DNA from: Eledone cirrhosa
Taxonomy: Eukaryota
DNA: 64,000 bases
NCBI GenBank assembly: GCA_964016885.1
Contig: OZ024741.1
Span: 77,562,001 to 77,626,000 of the forward strand
Direction of reading: 5' to 3'
The notes under the pieces are model-generated. The model had not been told where the DNA came from, did not search any database, and saw only the letters and a list, made by a program, of their open reading frames with translations. Positions 62,986-64,000 of this stretch are shown piece by piece (within the stretch, counting starts at the first letter, position 1; every line of letters begins with the position of its first letter). The position numbers were made by a program, and so were the translations under genes.

Positions 62986-64000
62986 CTGCATAGTAAAAGA
63001 AGACAGATATCAGCTTTATCAACTGAAAGCTTTTTTGATGTGAGAATAGATAACTCATCACCATTTACACAAAAAGCAATTGTTAAGTTAGTGTTAGCAT
63101 ATTTAATGCAGAGAGCAGTAAAAGGGAACTACAAATAATAATGTGGTGAGGAAAAAACAATATTACTCTATTGGCTAATTTTTTTCTTACTGCATAAATA
63201 TGTTAATAATAATTTAACTATTGTATATGTCAGTTCTCTTTTTTTGTTCTGTAATGCTTTCATTAATTCTATACAAAAATCATAGGTGCAAGCATGGCTG
63301 TGTAGTTAAGTTTGCTTCATAACTATGTGATAACTTGGACAAGTGTCTTCTACCATAGCCATGTTCTCACCAATATCTTGTGGCTGAAATTCGGAAGACA
63401 AAAATTGTGTGGAAGACAATTTGTCACTGTATGTCTTCACCACTTAACAACAACTAATGATGTCAGTTTATGTCTCACTGTGAAGTAGTTCAATGGTTGA
63501 AGATCGGTGGAGAAAGTAGTACACTTAAAACAAGTATGGGCTGGTGTAAGAAAAGACATCCAGACATAGAATACTTAAAATAAGTATGGATTGATGTCAG
63601 AAAAGACATCCAGACATAAAACTCCTTAGAATAAGTAAAACAGTTTATCTTTGTTGTTTAGCTCCAGATTAGCTCTAATCAAGCAGATACATGATGAAAA
63701 GCATTCCATCTGTAATTAACCATCCTATCTTAAGACATAATCTATTAAGATGTACATTATCCTCCTTTTCTTAAAGAGAGCGGTAGAGTATGATTTATGC
63801 GAGATTTGGCTGTTATTTCTAGCAAATCAAAAACCACATAAATGCTTCCCCATTTGCAATTGTCACTAAAGATGGTAGAATGTTAGAATTGGTATTGTTA
63901 TACTAAATACAATACAGTATTTAGTATTACACTCTATTTCACAGACTGTTCAAAATCCAAAGGAGTTGGGACTTTGTCTTTCATTCCTCCAAATAAATAA

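Larger units (their letters stand above)
55147..64000 (+). repeat. Rearranged direct segmental duplication of ~21260-27660 (continues past the window end)
   Basis: Collinear blocks: 55147-56940~21260-23340, 56940-57735~23624-24430, 57742-58395~25419-26008, 59560-59867~26008-26297, 62669-64000~26294-27659. Confidence 0.95.

Noticed and set aside
55147-64000. Duplication as an uncollapsed haplotype
   Set aside because: It carries its own inversion, LTR and SINE insertions, frameshifts and deletions in essential coding sequence, which is too much for an allele. Long-read confirmation is still advisable.

Overview
AT-rich, repeat-dense animal genomic DNA. It is most consistent with an octopus or other coleoid cephalopod; this is an inference from the (GAT)n-tailed RTE LINEs, the SINE types and a large single-exon C2H2 gene. 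There are two intact genes in tail-to-tail orientation: a ~1527-aa, 17-finger C2H2 zinc-finger gene (+, 18963-23546) and an 11-exon PSMC6/Rpt4 proteasome ATPase gene (-, 47766-26526; 395 aa, all introns GT-AG, frame checked by hand). From ~55.1 kb to the window end lies a rearranged duplicate of ~21.3-27.7 kb. It holds a ZNF pseudogene, an inserted inverted ZNF copy that makes a large inverted repeat, a non-autonomous LTR element (4-bp TSD, tRNA-Trp-like PBS, PPT) and a heavily mutated copy of the last PSMC6 exon. The rest is RTE LINE copies, CRE-like remnants, a 5'-inverted Penelope-like element with a degenerate hammerhead ribozyme (missed by the ORF track), mariner/hAT/piggyBac/Helitron remnants, two SINE families and a 3.2-kb 30-bp minisatellite. 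The best leads are the ZNF's matching N- and C-terminal finger triplets (a possible two-handed DNA-bridging protein), the hairpin-capable ZNF pseudogene, and the uneven divergence within the duplication. All alignments and difference counts were done by eye, and repeat boundaries are approximate unless a TSD is quoted.
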